A stretch of DNA of 64,000 bases from an uncultured beta proteobacterium. Its GTDB lineage: Bacteria; Pseudomonadota; Gammaproteobacteria; Burkholderiales; SG8-39. The position numbers and the translations under genes were made by a program. The stretch is taken from the NCBI GenBank assembly GCA_903899705.1, contig CAIUKQ010000192.1:103-64102 (forward strand), written 5' to 3'. Numbering within the stretch: position 1 is the stretch's first letter; every line of letters starts with the position of its first letter. This document shows, piece after piece, positions 1 through 8,796 of this stretch. Below the pieces are notes generated by a model. That model made no database searches. It was not told the origin of the DNA and was given only the letters and a program-made list of their open reading frames with translations.

Positions 1-513
1 AACGAGATCCTGCGCACCCGTCCGGATCTTTTGGAGCCCCTGTATCGCGGTTTTCACTACGCCATTCCCGAAGTCCGTTTCAGCGCGAAGCCCATTACCG
101 ACGGCATGATTCCGGTGTTCTGCAACGTCGATGGCAAGGTCAGCTGCAACTACGCCTCCAGTTTCATGCGCGCTGCGGCCGAGTAGATGAAGGTGCCGCT
201 GCCCGATGGTTTATCGGAAGGGCTTGATTATTTTGATGAAACTGCAGATCGTGAGGACTTCGCCCTGCGTTTCATGCTGGAGCCGGGCGAGATCATGCTG
301 TGGCACAACTTCATTTGTCTGCACTCACGCACCGAATTCAAAAACTCGGCCACGCAAAAGCGCCTGTTGCTGCGGCTGTGGATGGATGTGCCGGAGGGCC
401 GCCCCGTCGACCCGGCGGTGCACGAGCGCGCCGCGGCTTACAAACGCAGCTACGCCGAGAAAAAAGCCGGTTTGAAGAATAACGAAAGCATTAAAAACAA
501 GGAGCTTCAATGA
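1..513 (+). pseudogene. TauD/TfdA-family Fe(II)/2-oxoglutarate dioxygenase, 5'-truncated by the window edge and interrupted by an in-frame TAG at 184-186
   Basis: Frame 1 reads ...CNYASSFMRAAAE-TAG-MKVPLPDGLSEGLDYFDE...EPGEIMLWHNFICLHSRTEF...KRLLLRLWM. Both sides of the stop look like one continuous TauD-like C-terminal half with the distal His motif (LHSR). Confidence 0.6.
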
Positions 514-1475
514 CACGAGTGGTATTTCTGGGTCGCCTCGCCAAAGAGGATGTAACCAAGCGTCTCCAATCGATCAGCGATGTTGATCTGTTCGTCAGTG
601 AGGACATGGATGAAATCCTGCGTGAACTGCCTGGCGCGGAAGTGTTCGTCACGGCGGATGTGCGCGGAGATGATTCCAAACGCCTCGCCGATGTGATGCA
701 TGCGAAGGACTGCAAAGTGCGCTGGGTGCAATGCCTGTCGGCGGGGTATGAGGGCCTGGTTCGTCACGGTTTTCCGAAACATATTCCGCTCACGACCCAG
801 GGTGGGGCGGTGTCGCCGGCTGTGGCCGAGCATGCCTTTGCGCTGATGCTGGGCCTTTTGCGTCGCGTGCCCGAATCGGTGTTGGCAAAGACTCGGGGCG
901 AATGGGATCGAAGTTTTTCCACCACCACCAGCGCGCTTGAAGGTCGAACCCTGGTGCTGATCGGCTTCGGCAATATCGGAAAGGAAGTCGCCAAACGCGC
1001 GCGGGCTTTTGACATGCAGGTGATCGGTGTCACGCGTTCTGGCAAGGCTGATGCGTTGGCCGATGAAATGCACAAGCTGGACAAGCTGCACGAGGTGCTC
1101 GCGCGTGCCGATGTCATCGTTGTGACAGCGCCGCAGAATGCCGACAACCATCACATGATCGGCGCGACGGAACTGGCGGTGTGCAAAAAGGAGGCCATCC
1201 TGGTGAATGTGTCGCGCGGTGGGCTGGTCGATCCGGCCGCGCTGCAGAATGCGTTGGAGAAGGGGATCATCGCGGCCGCGGGGCTTGATGTCACGGAGCC
1301 TGAACCCCTTCCCGAAGGACATGCGATGTGGAAGTGCCCCAATCTTCTGATCACGCCGCACATCGCGGGGGGCGGCAGCAAGCGAAGCCGCGGCCGCATT
1401 CTCAATGTGGTTTCCGAGAATTTCGAGTTGTATCGTGCCGGCAAGTCGCTGAAGAACCAGGTCAACGCGGCATGA
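510..1475 (+). CDS. D-isomer-specific 2-hydroxyacid dehydrogenase (NAD-binding)
   Basis: 321-aa ORF with a GFGNIGKEVAKRA Rossmann motif and a C-terminal ITPHIAGG catalytic-His region. The ATG overlaps the upstream stop (ATGA). Confidence 0.85.
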   Translation: MTRVVFLGRLAKEDVTKRLQSISDVDLFVSEDMDEILRELPGAEVFVTADVRGDDSKRLADVMHAKDCKVRWVQCLSAGYEGLVRHGFPKHIPLTTQGGAVSPAVAEHAFALMLGLLRRVPESVLAKTRGEWDRSFSTTTSALEGRTLVLIGFGNIGKEVAKRARAFDMQVIGVTRSGKADALADEMHKLDKLHEVLARADVIVVTAPQNADNHHMIGATELAVCKKEAILVNVSRGGLVDPAALQNALEKGIIAAAGLDVTEPEPLPEGHAMWKCPNLLITPHIAGGGSKRSRGRILNVVSENFELYRAGKSLKNQVNAA

Positions 1476-2662
1476 AAATCGTCAGGTTCGAGGACTTTTC
1501 CACCTATGGCGGCTGGGAAAACTTTTCGTTTTTGAAAGTCACCACCGACGAGGGCGTCATCGGCTGGGCGGAATTCAACGAAGCCCGCGGCCGCAAGGGA
1601 CTGACCGGCCTGATTCACAGCCTGGGCGAAGGGCTGATCGGCGAGGATCCCCGCAATATCGCGCGCATCGACGCCGTGCTGTATGCGCAGACTCGCTCGA
1701 CCACGGGCGGCCTGCAATCACATGCCATGGCTGCCGTCATCAATGCGTGCCTGGACATCAAGGCCAAGTCACTTGGGGTGCCGGTCTACGAATTGCTGGG
1801 CGGTGCGATTCGCGACCGCCTGCCGGTGTACTGGTCGCATTGCGGATTTTTCCGTGCGCGCTACGCCAACCTGTTCGACGGCAAGGTGATCCCGAGCCAG
1901 GCGGTGCGCACGCTGGATGACATCCGGCAGGTTGGCCGTGAAGTGCGCGAGCGCGGCTTCAAGGCCCTGAAGACCAACCTCGTGATTTTCGATGCCAAGG
2001 GCGCGCGTCCCTACAGCCCGGGATTCGGGCGAGGCGCCGGAGCGCCGGAGCTGAACATCTCCGATGAAATCACCGATGCGTTTGTTGCGCAACTCTCGGC
2101 ATTCCGGGACGGGGCCGGACCGGGCGTGCGCATGATGGTGGACCTCAACTTCAACTACAAGCCCGAGGGGTTGCGGCGGCTTGCCCGGGCGGCCGAGCCC
2201 TTCAACCTCATCTGGCTGGAGATGGATCTGTATGAACCGCGTGCGCTGGCCGGCGTGCGCGAGTCGACCTCCACGCCGATTGCATCGCTGGAGGCCATCT
2301 TCGGCCGGCGCAGCCTGAGACCTTATCTGGACAATCATGCCGTGGATGTCGCCATCATTGACGTCCAGTGGAACGGCATGGTGGAGGCGATGCGCATGGC
2401 CTCGATGGCCGATTCCTACGAGGTGAACGTGGCCTCGCATTGTTCCAGCGGCCCTTTGTCGACGCTCATCAGTTCACACTTCTGTTGCGCCATCCCGAAT
2501 TTCCGCATCATGGAAGTGGATGTTGACGAAGTGCCGTGGCGATCCCAGTTGCTCACCAAGCCCTACAAAATCGAAAATGGCGAGTTCCACATACCTGTAG
2601 GTCCGGGTTGGGGGGCGGACATCAACGAAGAGGTGGTCCGGGCTCACCCCGCCAAGGATTGA
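1472..2662 (+). CDS. Enolase-superfamily enzyme (mandelate racemase/muconate lactonizing family, dehydratase-like)
   Basis: Starts MKIVRFEDFSTYGGWENFSFLKVTTDEGVIGWAEFNE, with ...LDIKAKSLGVPVYELLGG typical of the MR/MLE N-terminal domain. ORF-track ORF 1328..2662 was trimmed to the ATG at 1472, which overlaps the upstream TGA (ATGA). Confidence 0.8.
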   Translation: MKIVRFEDFSTYGGWENFSFLKVTTDEGVIGWAEFNEARGRKGLTGLIHSLGEGLIGEDPRNIARIDAVLYAQTRSTTGGLQSHAMAAVINACLDIKAKSLGVPVYELLGGAIRDRLPVYWSHCGFFRARYANLFDGKVIPSQAVRTLDDIRQVGREVRERGFKALKTNLVIFDAKGARPYSPGFGRGAGAPELNISDEITDAFVAQLSAFRDGAGPGVRMMVDLNFNYKPEGLRRLARAAEPFNLIWLEMDLYEPRALAGVRESTSTPIASLEAIFGRRSLRPYLDNHAVDVAIIDVQWNGMVEAMRMASMADSYEVNVASHCSSGPLSTLISSHFCCAIPNFRIMEVDVDEVPWRSQLLTKPYKIENGEFHIPVGPGWGADINEEVVRAHPAKD

Positions 2663-2676
2663 TTTCATAAAATCTG

Positions 2677-3645
2677 ATGAAAAACAATAACTTATTGTAT
2701 TTTCTCGGTGCGTGGTCGGTGGTTCTTTCGGTATCTCCGGTGCTCGCGCAAAGCTATCCCGAGAAGCCCATACGCGTGATCATTCCGTTTGCCGCGGGAG
2801 CGGGGTCCGACATTACCGCGCGCCTTGTCGCCAATGACATGCAGCAGCGCCTCGGCACGACGCTGGTGGTGGACAACCGTCCCGGTGCCAACGGCATGCT
2901 TGCCGCGGAAACCGTGGCGCGCGCCGCACCCGACGGCTATACCTTGTTCTTCACCACGGTATCGACGCAGGCGGCGAATCCCAGTTTGTACAAGAAGTTG
3001 CCCTATGACCCGATCCGGGACTTCACGCCCGTCGGCAGAATTTCCCTCAGCCAGCATGTGCTGGTGGTGCATCCCTCGGTAAAGGCTGCGAGCGTGCAGG
3101 ATCTGGTTCTGCTTGCGAAAGCGCAACCGGGCAAGCTCTCCTATGCGACGTCGAATGCCGGGTCGCTCGTGTCCGCAGAATGGCTGAAGGCCATGGCTCA
3201 GGTGGACATCGTTGGCGTACCCTACAACAGCAACCCGACCGCGCTCACTGATCTTATAGCGGGGAGAACACAGGTGATGTTCCCGGACCAGAATTCGGCG
3301 ACGCCCCACATCAATGCCGGGAAGTTGCGGGTACTTGCGGTGACAGGATTATCCCGGTTGACGACGTTCCCCGAGGTGCCCACCATGGAGGAGGCCGGAT
3401 TCAAGGGTTTCACCATCAATGTCTGGAGTGGCGTGTATGGCCCTGCGAACATGCCGCAATCAATTGTTCAGCGATTGAGTGCGGCGCTTGATGCAAGCCT
3501 CAGGAATCCGGCGACACTGGAGAAATTCGCGACAGCGGGGAGCGTGCCGTCACCGCTCAGCCCGGAGCAGTTTGCACAGTTCGCGCGTTCGGAGCTGGAA
3601 GTGTGGAAGCGGGCCATCGCCGCTGCAAGAATCGAGTTGCAATGA
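2677..3645 (+). CDS. Bug-family (TctC-like) tripartite tricarboxylate transporter substrate-binding protein
   Basis: Signal peptide followed by AQSYPEKPIRVIIPFAAGAGSDITAR, and an LSYATSNAGS motif. About 320 aa, as is typical for Bug proteins. Confidence 0.9.
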   Translation: MKNNNLLYFLGAWSVVLSVSPVLAQSYPEKPIRVIIPFAAGAGSDITARLVANDMQQRLGTTLVVDNRPGANGMLAAETVARAAPDGYTLFFTTVSTQAANPSLYKKLPYDPIRDFTPVGRISLSQHVLVVHPSVKAASVQDLVLLAKAQPGKLSYATSNAGSLVSAEWLKAMAQVDIVGVPYNSNPTALTDLIAGRTQVMFPDQNSATPHINAGKLRVLAVTGLSRLTTFPEVPTMEEAGFKGFTINVWSGVYGPANMPQSIVQRLSAALDASLRNPATLEKFATAGSVPSPLSPEQFAQFARSELEVWKRAIAAARIELQ

Positions 3646-3673
3646 TCACGCGTCGTTATGAGGTACATGCCGG

Positions 3674-4672
3674 ATGAATCCAATGCCCGTATTCAAGGTC
3701 ATCGCGCTGGCGGCGGCGCTGTTGTCGCCCCTAAGCCTTTCCGCGCAGGAACGTCTGCGCCAGGCAACCATCATTGTCGGATCGCCCGCCGGCGGGGCCA
3801 CCGACAAACTCGCGCGCATGTATGCCGATGCCCTTAAGCAGCGCTTCGCCAATACGGTGATCGTCGAGAACCGGCCCGGTGCCGGCGGCATTCTCGCTTA
3901 TGAGTATGTGAAAAACAGTCCGCAGAAGGACGGGAGCATCACCTTCCTGTCGCCCGCCTATCCACTGACCATATCCCCGCACGTGGTGCGCAACCTGCCG
4001 TATGACACGCTGAAGGATTTCATGCCGGTGGGCATTGCCGCGCGCTCGACCATGACCTACGCCGTGGGTCCGGCGGTACCCGCGAACATCCGGACCATGG
4101 AGGCTTATCTGCAGTGGTGCCGCGACAATCCCAAGCAGGCGTTGTACGCCGCGCAGACGGGTTCCAGCCAGCACCTGCTGGGATCGATTCTGGCGCTGAC
4201 ATCCAAAGTCAGGCTGGAGAATGTTTCTTACAAAGGCGATGCGCCCGCCATGCAGGATCTGCTGGGAGGTCATATCCCGGCCGTGGTGCTTCCCATCGCC
4301 AGCGCGATTCCCATGCACAAGGCCGGCCAGATTCGCGTGCTGGCGGTCGCGTCTGCCAAACCGTCCCGCTACCTTCCCGATATTCAGACTTTCCAGGACA
4401 TGGATTACAAGGACATTCTTTTTCAGGACTGGCTGGGCGTGTTCGCGCCGGCGGGCACGTCGCCCGAGGCGGTGCGGCAGATGAATCTCGCCATGGCGGA
4501 TGCCGCGCGATCCGAGCAGGGGCAGGCGGCCCTCACCAATCTGGGATTTACGCCGGAAATCGTGACGCCGGAGGTGTTCGCAGAACTCGTTCGCGCGGAT
4601 TACCGGCGTTACGGCGTTCTGGTCGAGCGAACGCGCTTTCGGGAAACCTTCGAAAAATCATCGGGACAATGA
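3674..4672 (+). CDS. Bug-family (TctC-like) substrate-binding protein
   Basis: Signal peptide followed by ATIIVGSPAGGATDKLAR...VENRPGAGG and a Bug-like C-terminal half. Confidence 0.85.
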   Translation: MNPMPVFKVIALAAALLSPLSLSAQERLRQATIIVGSPAGGATDKLARMYADALKQRFANTVIVENRPGAGGILAYEYVKNSPQKDGSITFLSPAYPLTISPHVVRNLPYDTLKDFMPVGIAARSTMTYAVGPAVPANIRTMEAYLQWCRDNPKQALYAAQTGSSQHLLGSILALTSKVRLENVSYKGDAPAMQDLLGGHIPAVVLPIASAIPMHKAGQIRVLAVASAKPSRYLPDIQTFQDMDYKDILFQDWLGVFAPAGTSPEAVRQMNLAMADAARSEQGQAALTNLGFTPEIVTPEVFAELVRADYRRYGVLVERTRFRETFEKSSGQ

Positions 4673-5526
4673 ACATGCAGACAGCCAAGGCCATGCGCAG
4701 TCAATCTCCGGACCAGCCTGATGTGCGCGTCCGGCGCATCACCACCCATGTTGGCGCGGAAATCCAGAACGTGGACATTTCACAGCCGCTGTCGCCTGAA
4801 AACGCGCGCAGGGTGCGACAGGCGCTGGTTGAGCATGGCGTGATTTTCTTTCGTGACCAGAACCTGAATTCACCCCAATACGAAGCCTTCGCCCGGCAAT
4901 TCGGCGAAGCGCTTCGGCCCAAGAGCAATTTCATTCCGGAACTTGCGGGCTCCGAGGTGATTGCCGAGGTGCGCAAGGACGAAGGCCAGGAAAAGAACAT
5001 CGGCGGTGGCTGGCATACCGACCAGGTATTTCGCGCGGCCCCCAGTTGGGGAACCATGCTGTTATGTCGCGAGATTCCCGAGCACGGCGGCGATACGCTG
5101 TTCCTGTCCATGTCCGAAGCCTATGAACGACTGTCCGTTGGGTTGAAGAAAACCCTGGAGACGCTGCGCGGGGTTCACTGGAATGCGGCAGTGCAGGCAC
5201 GCATGCAAAGCGGCAAAGCCCCGGATCCTGCGGTGACACACCCGGTGGTGATTCGCCATCCTGAAACCGGCAGGAAGATTCTTTACGTCAGCCCCAGCTA
5301 CACCACGCACTTCGAGGGCTGGACCGAGGCCGAAAGCCGGCCGCTTTTGCAATATCTTTTCCGGCACGCGGAAAATCCGGAATGGACCTGCCGCTTTCGA
5401 TGGGAAAAAGGTTCGATCGCCTTCTGGGACAACTACCAGACCTGGCATTTCGCGGTGAATGACTACGACGCCGGTGAGCGGGTGATGCATCGCATTGTCG
5501 TCAACGGCCCGCCATTCGAGCGATAG
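4669..5526 (+). CDS. Taurine dioxygenase-like Fe(II)/2-oxoglutarate dioxygenase (TauD/TfdA family)
   Basis: Contains WHTDQVF (HxD), GGDTLFLSM and IAFWDNYQTWHFAVNDY motifs. ORF 4114..5526 was trimmed to the ATG at 4669, which overlaps the Bug gene stop (ATGA). Confidence 0.85.
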   Translation: MNMQTAKAMRSQSPDQPDVRVRRITTHVGAEIQNVDISQPLSPENARRVRQALVEHGVIFFRDQNLNSPQYEAFARQFGEALRPKSNFIPELAGSEVIAEVRKDEGQEKNIGGGWHTDQVFRAAPSWGTMLLCREIPEHGGDTLFLSMSEAYERLSVGLKKTLETLRGVHWNAAVQARMQSGKAPDPAVTHPVVIRHPETGRKILYVSPSYTTHFEGWTEAESRPLLQYLFRHAENPEWTCRFRWEKGSIAFWDNYQTWHFAVNDYDAGERVMHRIVVNGPPFER

Positions 5527-5735
5527 CCTTGTCCCTGCGGCAAATCGTTTTTGACGCGGCCGGCATGCTGACGGAATTTTTTGAATGGGGATGGATTCTA
5601 AAATCGCGACATGAAACGGGAGGGGCCGGCCCCGGATGATTGCGAAAAGGCGGGATATTTGCCTTCTGATCGTCCTCAAGTTTCTCGATGCCACCGGAAT
5701 AATGCGAATGAGCCCACTCCATCAAGGAGATTCGC

Positions 5736-8549
5736 ATGAGTGCACTTCCAGTTTCCCTCGCCTATGACGCAGACCACACCTCTGGGGATGGCAAGCCGCC
5801 CACATTGGCCGCGATCAAGGACGCCATGGCCCGGATGGAGGCGGAGAGTCGGGCCTCGGTGACGCTGGAGGCGCGCACCGTGGTGGAGACGCGCGCACGC
5901 GCCGTTGCGGAGACCCGGGCGCGGACCGAGCAGGAGGCCCTGCGCATGGCGGAGCAGCGCATGGCGGCTGAAACGCGGACCGAAGCTCTGGCGTGCGAAC
6001 GTCTGGCCATGGAGCAGAGCGCGCTGACCGATGCCCAGGCCCGCGGCAATGCCGAGGCCGAACGCTTCAACGAGGCCAGGCTGCGCGCTGAGGCCGAGGC
6101 GGAAGCCGCCAAGCTCGCCGTTGCGCGCCTTCAGGCTGAGCAGGACGCACGCTGCGCCGCGCAGGCCAAGGTCCGCGATGAAGCGCAGGCAACCGGCCGC
6201 AGCCGGGCCCTGGCCGAAGAGCAGGAGCGACTGCGCATTGAAATGCTGGCGCTGGTTGAGGAGCGTGAACACGAACTGGCAACCGCACGCGAAAAAAGCG
6301 AATCGCGCGCGGAGACCACCCGAAAGACCATCGAAACGACGCGCCTGCGCGCACGCTTGGAAGAAGCCGCGGTGCTGGAAGGTCTGGAGCGATTGGCGTC
6401 CGAAACCCGAGCCCGCGAAGAAGCGGAAACACTGCTGCGCCGGGAACAGCAGTTGCGCCAGGCAGCCGAAAACCGGGCGCGTGCCGATCGTGAGCTGGCC
6501 GAGGTCGTGGAAACCGCCGCACGCGAGGAAACCACCGCGGAAGAGCGCGCCAAGGCGCGCGTGAATCTGGAGCAAAAAGCGCATGCGGCGCTGCGCCGGC
6601 GCATCGACCTTGAGGGGGAACTGGAGCGCGCGGCGCTGGAACGCATTACCGACGAGGAGCGCGCAGCAGCAACTTCGGAGCAGCGCCTGGAGGCCGAACA
6701 ATCCCTGCAGCAGCAGATCGATGCCCGCTACGCGGCCGAGCGCCATGCTCTGGAGCTTGCCGAGCAACGCATTCGCACCGAGGCAGATTCGGCGCGACTG
6801 GCGCGTATCCGGGCCGACGCCGAAATTGCCGCGCACGAGGCGGCAGAAAGGCGCAAGGATGTGGAAAACGAATTGCTGCGGGAGTGTGAGCGGCGCCGCG
6901 AGATGGATGAACTCGCCCGCCAGTCGGTGTCGGCGCGCCTGACGGCGGAACAAGAAGCCGCGGAGCAGGCCCAGGCGCAAAGTGTCGCCGAAGAGCGACT
7001 TGCTGCGGCCGCCCGGGCCATCACCGTAACCAAGGCGGCACAGTCCGAAGCCATCCATCAGAGAGCGGAAAAGGAAGAGCAGGCCGAGCGCGAAGCGGCT
7101 TTGCGCGTGCAACTGGAGCAGGCGGCACTGGCGGCGGCCGAAGAGCGACGCTCCCGGGAGGCGGCCGCATTGCGCGAAACCGAAATCCGGATGGCCAGGG
7201 ATGAGGAAGCCAGTCGCGCAGCCGAGCAAACCCGCATTGCCCAGGAACAGGCGGGCGCAGCGGCCAGGGAGAACCGGCTCGCCGAAGAAAATGCCGCGAT
7301 CCAAGCCAGGGCGCTTGAGGAAGTGTCCCGGGAACAGGCGCTCGCGGCGCGCAAGCGCGAAGCGAAGGACGCTGAACTGGCGGCAGCGGCAATGGCGCGC
7401 CGCGACGCGGAAACCGTCGCGATGCAGCAGGCCGAAGCAAAATTGCTGGCGGAACGCGCAGCCGAGGCGGCAGTGCACGCACGCAGCGAGGAAGAAAGGC
7501 GCGCCGAACGCCTTGCAAAGATGCGTGAAGCTGCAGAACGCCGCTCGCATGCCTTGCTGGTCGAAGCCGCGGCCGCCGATGCCCAATGCCTGATGGCCAC
7601 CCGAAAACGCTCGTTGGTGGCGCGCCGGGAGGGGCTTGTTGCGGCTGAGCGCGAGCGCGAGGAACTGAAGGCGGCAAAGGCGGCCCAGACGCGCCTGGAA
7701 GCCGATGTCCGATTGATCGCCCAGGCCAAGATCCGCGTGCATGTCGAGAGCACCGAAGCCGAGCGTGCGCGGCAATTGGCGGAATCACAAAGGGACGCGA
7801 CGGCCGCTATGGCCAAGCAGGCGGCCGAGGAGAAGATCCGGATCGCCGCGTATGTCGCGGTGCAGGCTGCGGCGGAACAGCGCGCCAGGGCTGAAAGCGA
7901 GGCAGTGGCTGCGGCGCGGGAACGGATCGCGGCGGAACGCGCCATGCGCGAGGCCGGGGTGCAGCGCAGGTCCGCGCACGCTGAGGCGATGCAGATTGCG
8001 CTGAAATGCAAGGAATCGGAGGAACAACTGGTCGCACTGAACGGCGAACGGATCCGTGCTGATGAACAACACCTGGAATTGACGGCCAGACTGGCGGAAG
8101 AACAGCAAAACCTGATCGAGGCCGCGAATGGGCGCGCGCGGACGGCATCTGATGCGGTCGATGCGCTGTCCGAAAGAATAGAAGCAGAGCGCGAAGCTGC
8201 GCTTTCCGAAAAGCAGCGCCTTGCCGCGGAACGGGAACTCGCAAAGCGCGAACGTCAGATTGCGGACTTGAACATTGAATCCGGCCTTCGGGCCGGCGAG
8301 CGGACGAAATCTCTGGCCGCACGACTGCGCCGCAGCATCATGCGCCCGCTTATGGCCTTTGCTGCCGGCGGATGCATGGCGGTCACCATTCTGGGATTTC
8401 TCTGGGCAGTTGAATTGGCCGGGACGCAGGGCAACAGTGCGCAGGGGGTGCTCCGCACTGCCGAGGCCGTCGCGCCGCTGGTTGCTGGACTGCATTCGGG
8501 AGTCGATTCACTTTCGCTGAACCTGTCCCAGGGTCTGGCGGAAAACTAG
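5736..8549 (+). CDS. 937-aa Ala/Glu/Arg-rich coiled-coil protein with one C-terminal transmembrane segment (tail-anchored); function unknown
   Basis: AAGGAG lies 6 nt upstream of the ATG. About 865 aa of A/E/R/Q-dominated sequence follow, then the hydrophobic segment IMRPLMAFAAGGCMAVTILGFLWAVELAG (nt 8337-8423) and a 41-aa tail. Long antisense ORFs here are compositional artefacts. Confidence 0.7.
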   Translation: MSALPVSLAYDADHTSGDGKPPTLAAIKDAMARMEAESRASVTLEARTVVETRARAVAETRARTEQEALRMAEQRMAAETRTEALACERLAMEQSALTDAQARGNAEAERFNEARLRAEAEAEAAKLAVARLQAEQDARCAAQAKVRDEAQATGRSRALAEEQERLRIEMLALVEEREHELATAREKSESRAETTRKTIETTRLRARLEEAAVLEGLERLASETRAREEAETLLRREQQLRQAAENRARADRELAEVVETAAREETTAEERAKARVNLEQKAHAALRRRIDLEGELERAALERITDEERAAATSEQRLEAEQSLQQQIDARYAAERHALELAEQRIRTEADSARLARIRADAEIAAHEAAERRKDVENELLRECERRREMDELARQSVSARLTAEQEAAEQAQAQSVAEERLAAAARAITVTKAAQSEAIHQRAEKEEQAEREAALRVQLEQAALAAAEERRSREAAALRETEIRMARDEEASRAAEQTRIAQEQAGAAARENRLAEENAAIQARALEEVSREQALAARKREAKDAELAAAAMARRDAETVAMQQAEAKLLAERAAEAAVHARSEEERRAERLAKMREAAERRSHALLVEAAAADAQCLMATRKRSLVARREGLVAAEREREELKAAKAAQTRLEADVRLIAQAKIRVHVESTEAERARQLAESQRDATAAMAKQAAEEKIRIAAYVAVQAAAEQRARAESEAVAAARERIAAERAMREAGVQRRSAHAEAMQIALKCKESEEQLVALNGERIRADEQHLELTARLAEEQQNLIEAANGRARTASDAVDALSERIEAEREAALSEKQRLAAERELAKRERQIADLNIESGLRAGERTKSLAARLRRSIMRPLMAFAAGGCMAVTILGFLWAVELAGTQGNSAQGVLRTAEAVAPLVAGLHSGVDSLSLNLSQGLAEN

Positions 8550-8711
8550 GGAAAGTTCATCCCGGCTGGGTTCGACAATAACCCGACCCAGGTAAGCCGC
8601 AAATCCTTAATCCGAACCGAAACTTGATGGGAATAGGACAGATTCCTGTCATATTGGGACGATTGCGAGCTCTGGTAGAGCGTTTCAGGCCTCAAACCGC
8701 GCAATAGGCGC

Positions 8712-8740
8712 TTGACACTGTTATTGTGCAGCGCAATAAT
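8712..8740 (+). promoter_or_regulatory. Candidate sigma70 promoter of phaC with an embedded palindromic operator
   Basis: TTGACA (8712-8717), a 17-bp spacer, then AATAAT (8735-8740). The spacer and -10 carry the inverted repeat TTATTGtgcagcgCAATAA (8721-8739). A further GCGCAATA half-site sits at 8699-8706. Confidence 0.5.
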
Positions 8741-8796
8741 TATCTCGGTAATGATGCCTGAGGCCATATTGATTAACCCTAATCTCCGGAACCACC

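Noticed and set aside
184-186. The in-frame TAG as a pyrrolysine or other recoded codon.
   Set aside because: No pyl genes or recoding context are visible, and the genome otherwise looks like an ordinary betaproteobacterium. A nonsense mutation or a base-call error is far more likely.
4114-4668. N-terminal extensions offered by the ORF track: 4114 for TauD, 1328 for the enolase-family gene, 31838 for a Bug gene, 35970 for the 2OG oxygenase, 46173 for rne, and 58132, 59220, 55115 and 57923 for rseB, degP, acpP and rseA.
   Set aside because: The extensions overlap the preceding, well-supported genes and translate to Arg/Pro/Gly-rich junk. Internal ATGs with an SD or ATGA coupling reproduce the canonical N-termini.
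5611-5739. 42-codon upstream ORF (MKREGPAPDDCEKAGYL...) whose TGA overlaps the ATG of the coiled-coil gene (ATGA).
   Set aside because: It has no SD. The third-codon positions in its second half are A/T-rich, unlike genuine genes here. It also contains the palindrome GGGGCCGGCCCC (5622-5633), which is better explained as an RNA or terminator element after the TauD operon.
5676-8011. Very long antisense or alternative-frame ORFs across the coiled-coil gene (5676..7775 minus, 699 aa; 7058..8011 minus; 7021..7788 minus; several plus-strand off-frame ORFs).
   Set aside because: Their translations are Arg/Leu/Ala/Ser/Pro-rich low-complexity strings with no start context. They are the expected by-product of a GCN/GAR/CGN-biased sense frame. 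Only the 5736..8549 frame has an SD, spans the whole region and ends in a TM helix.
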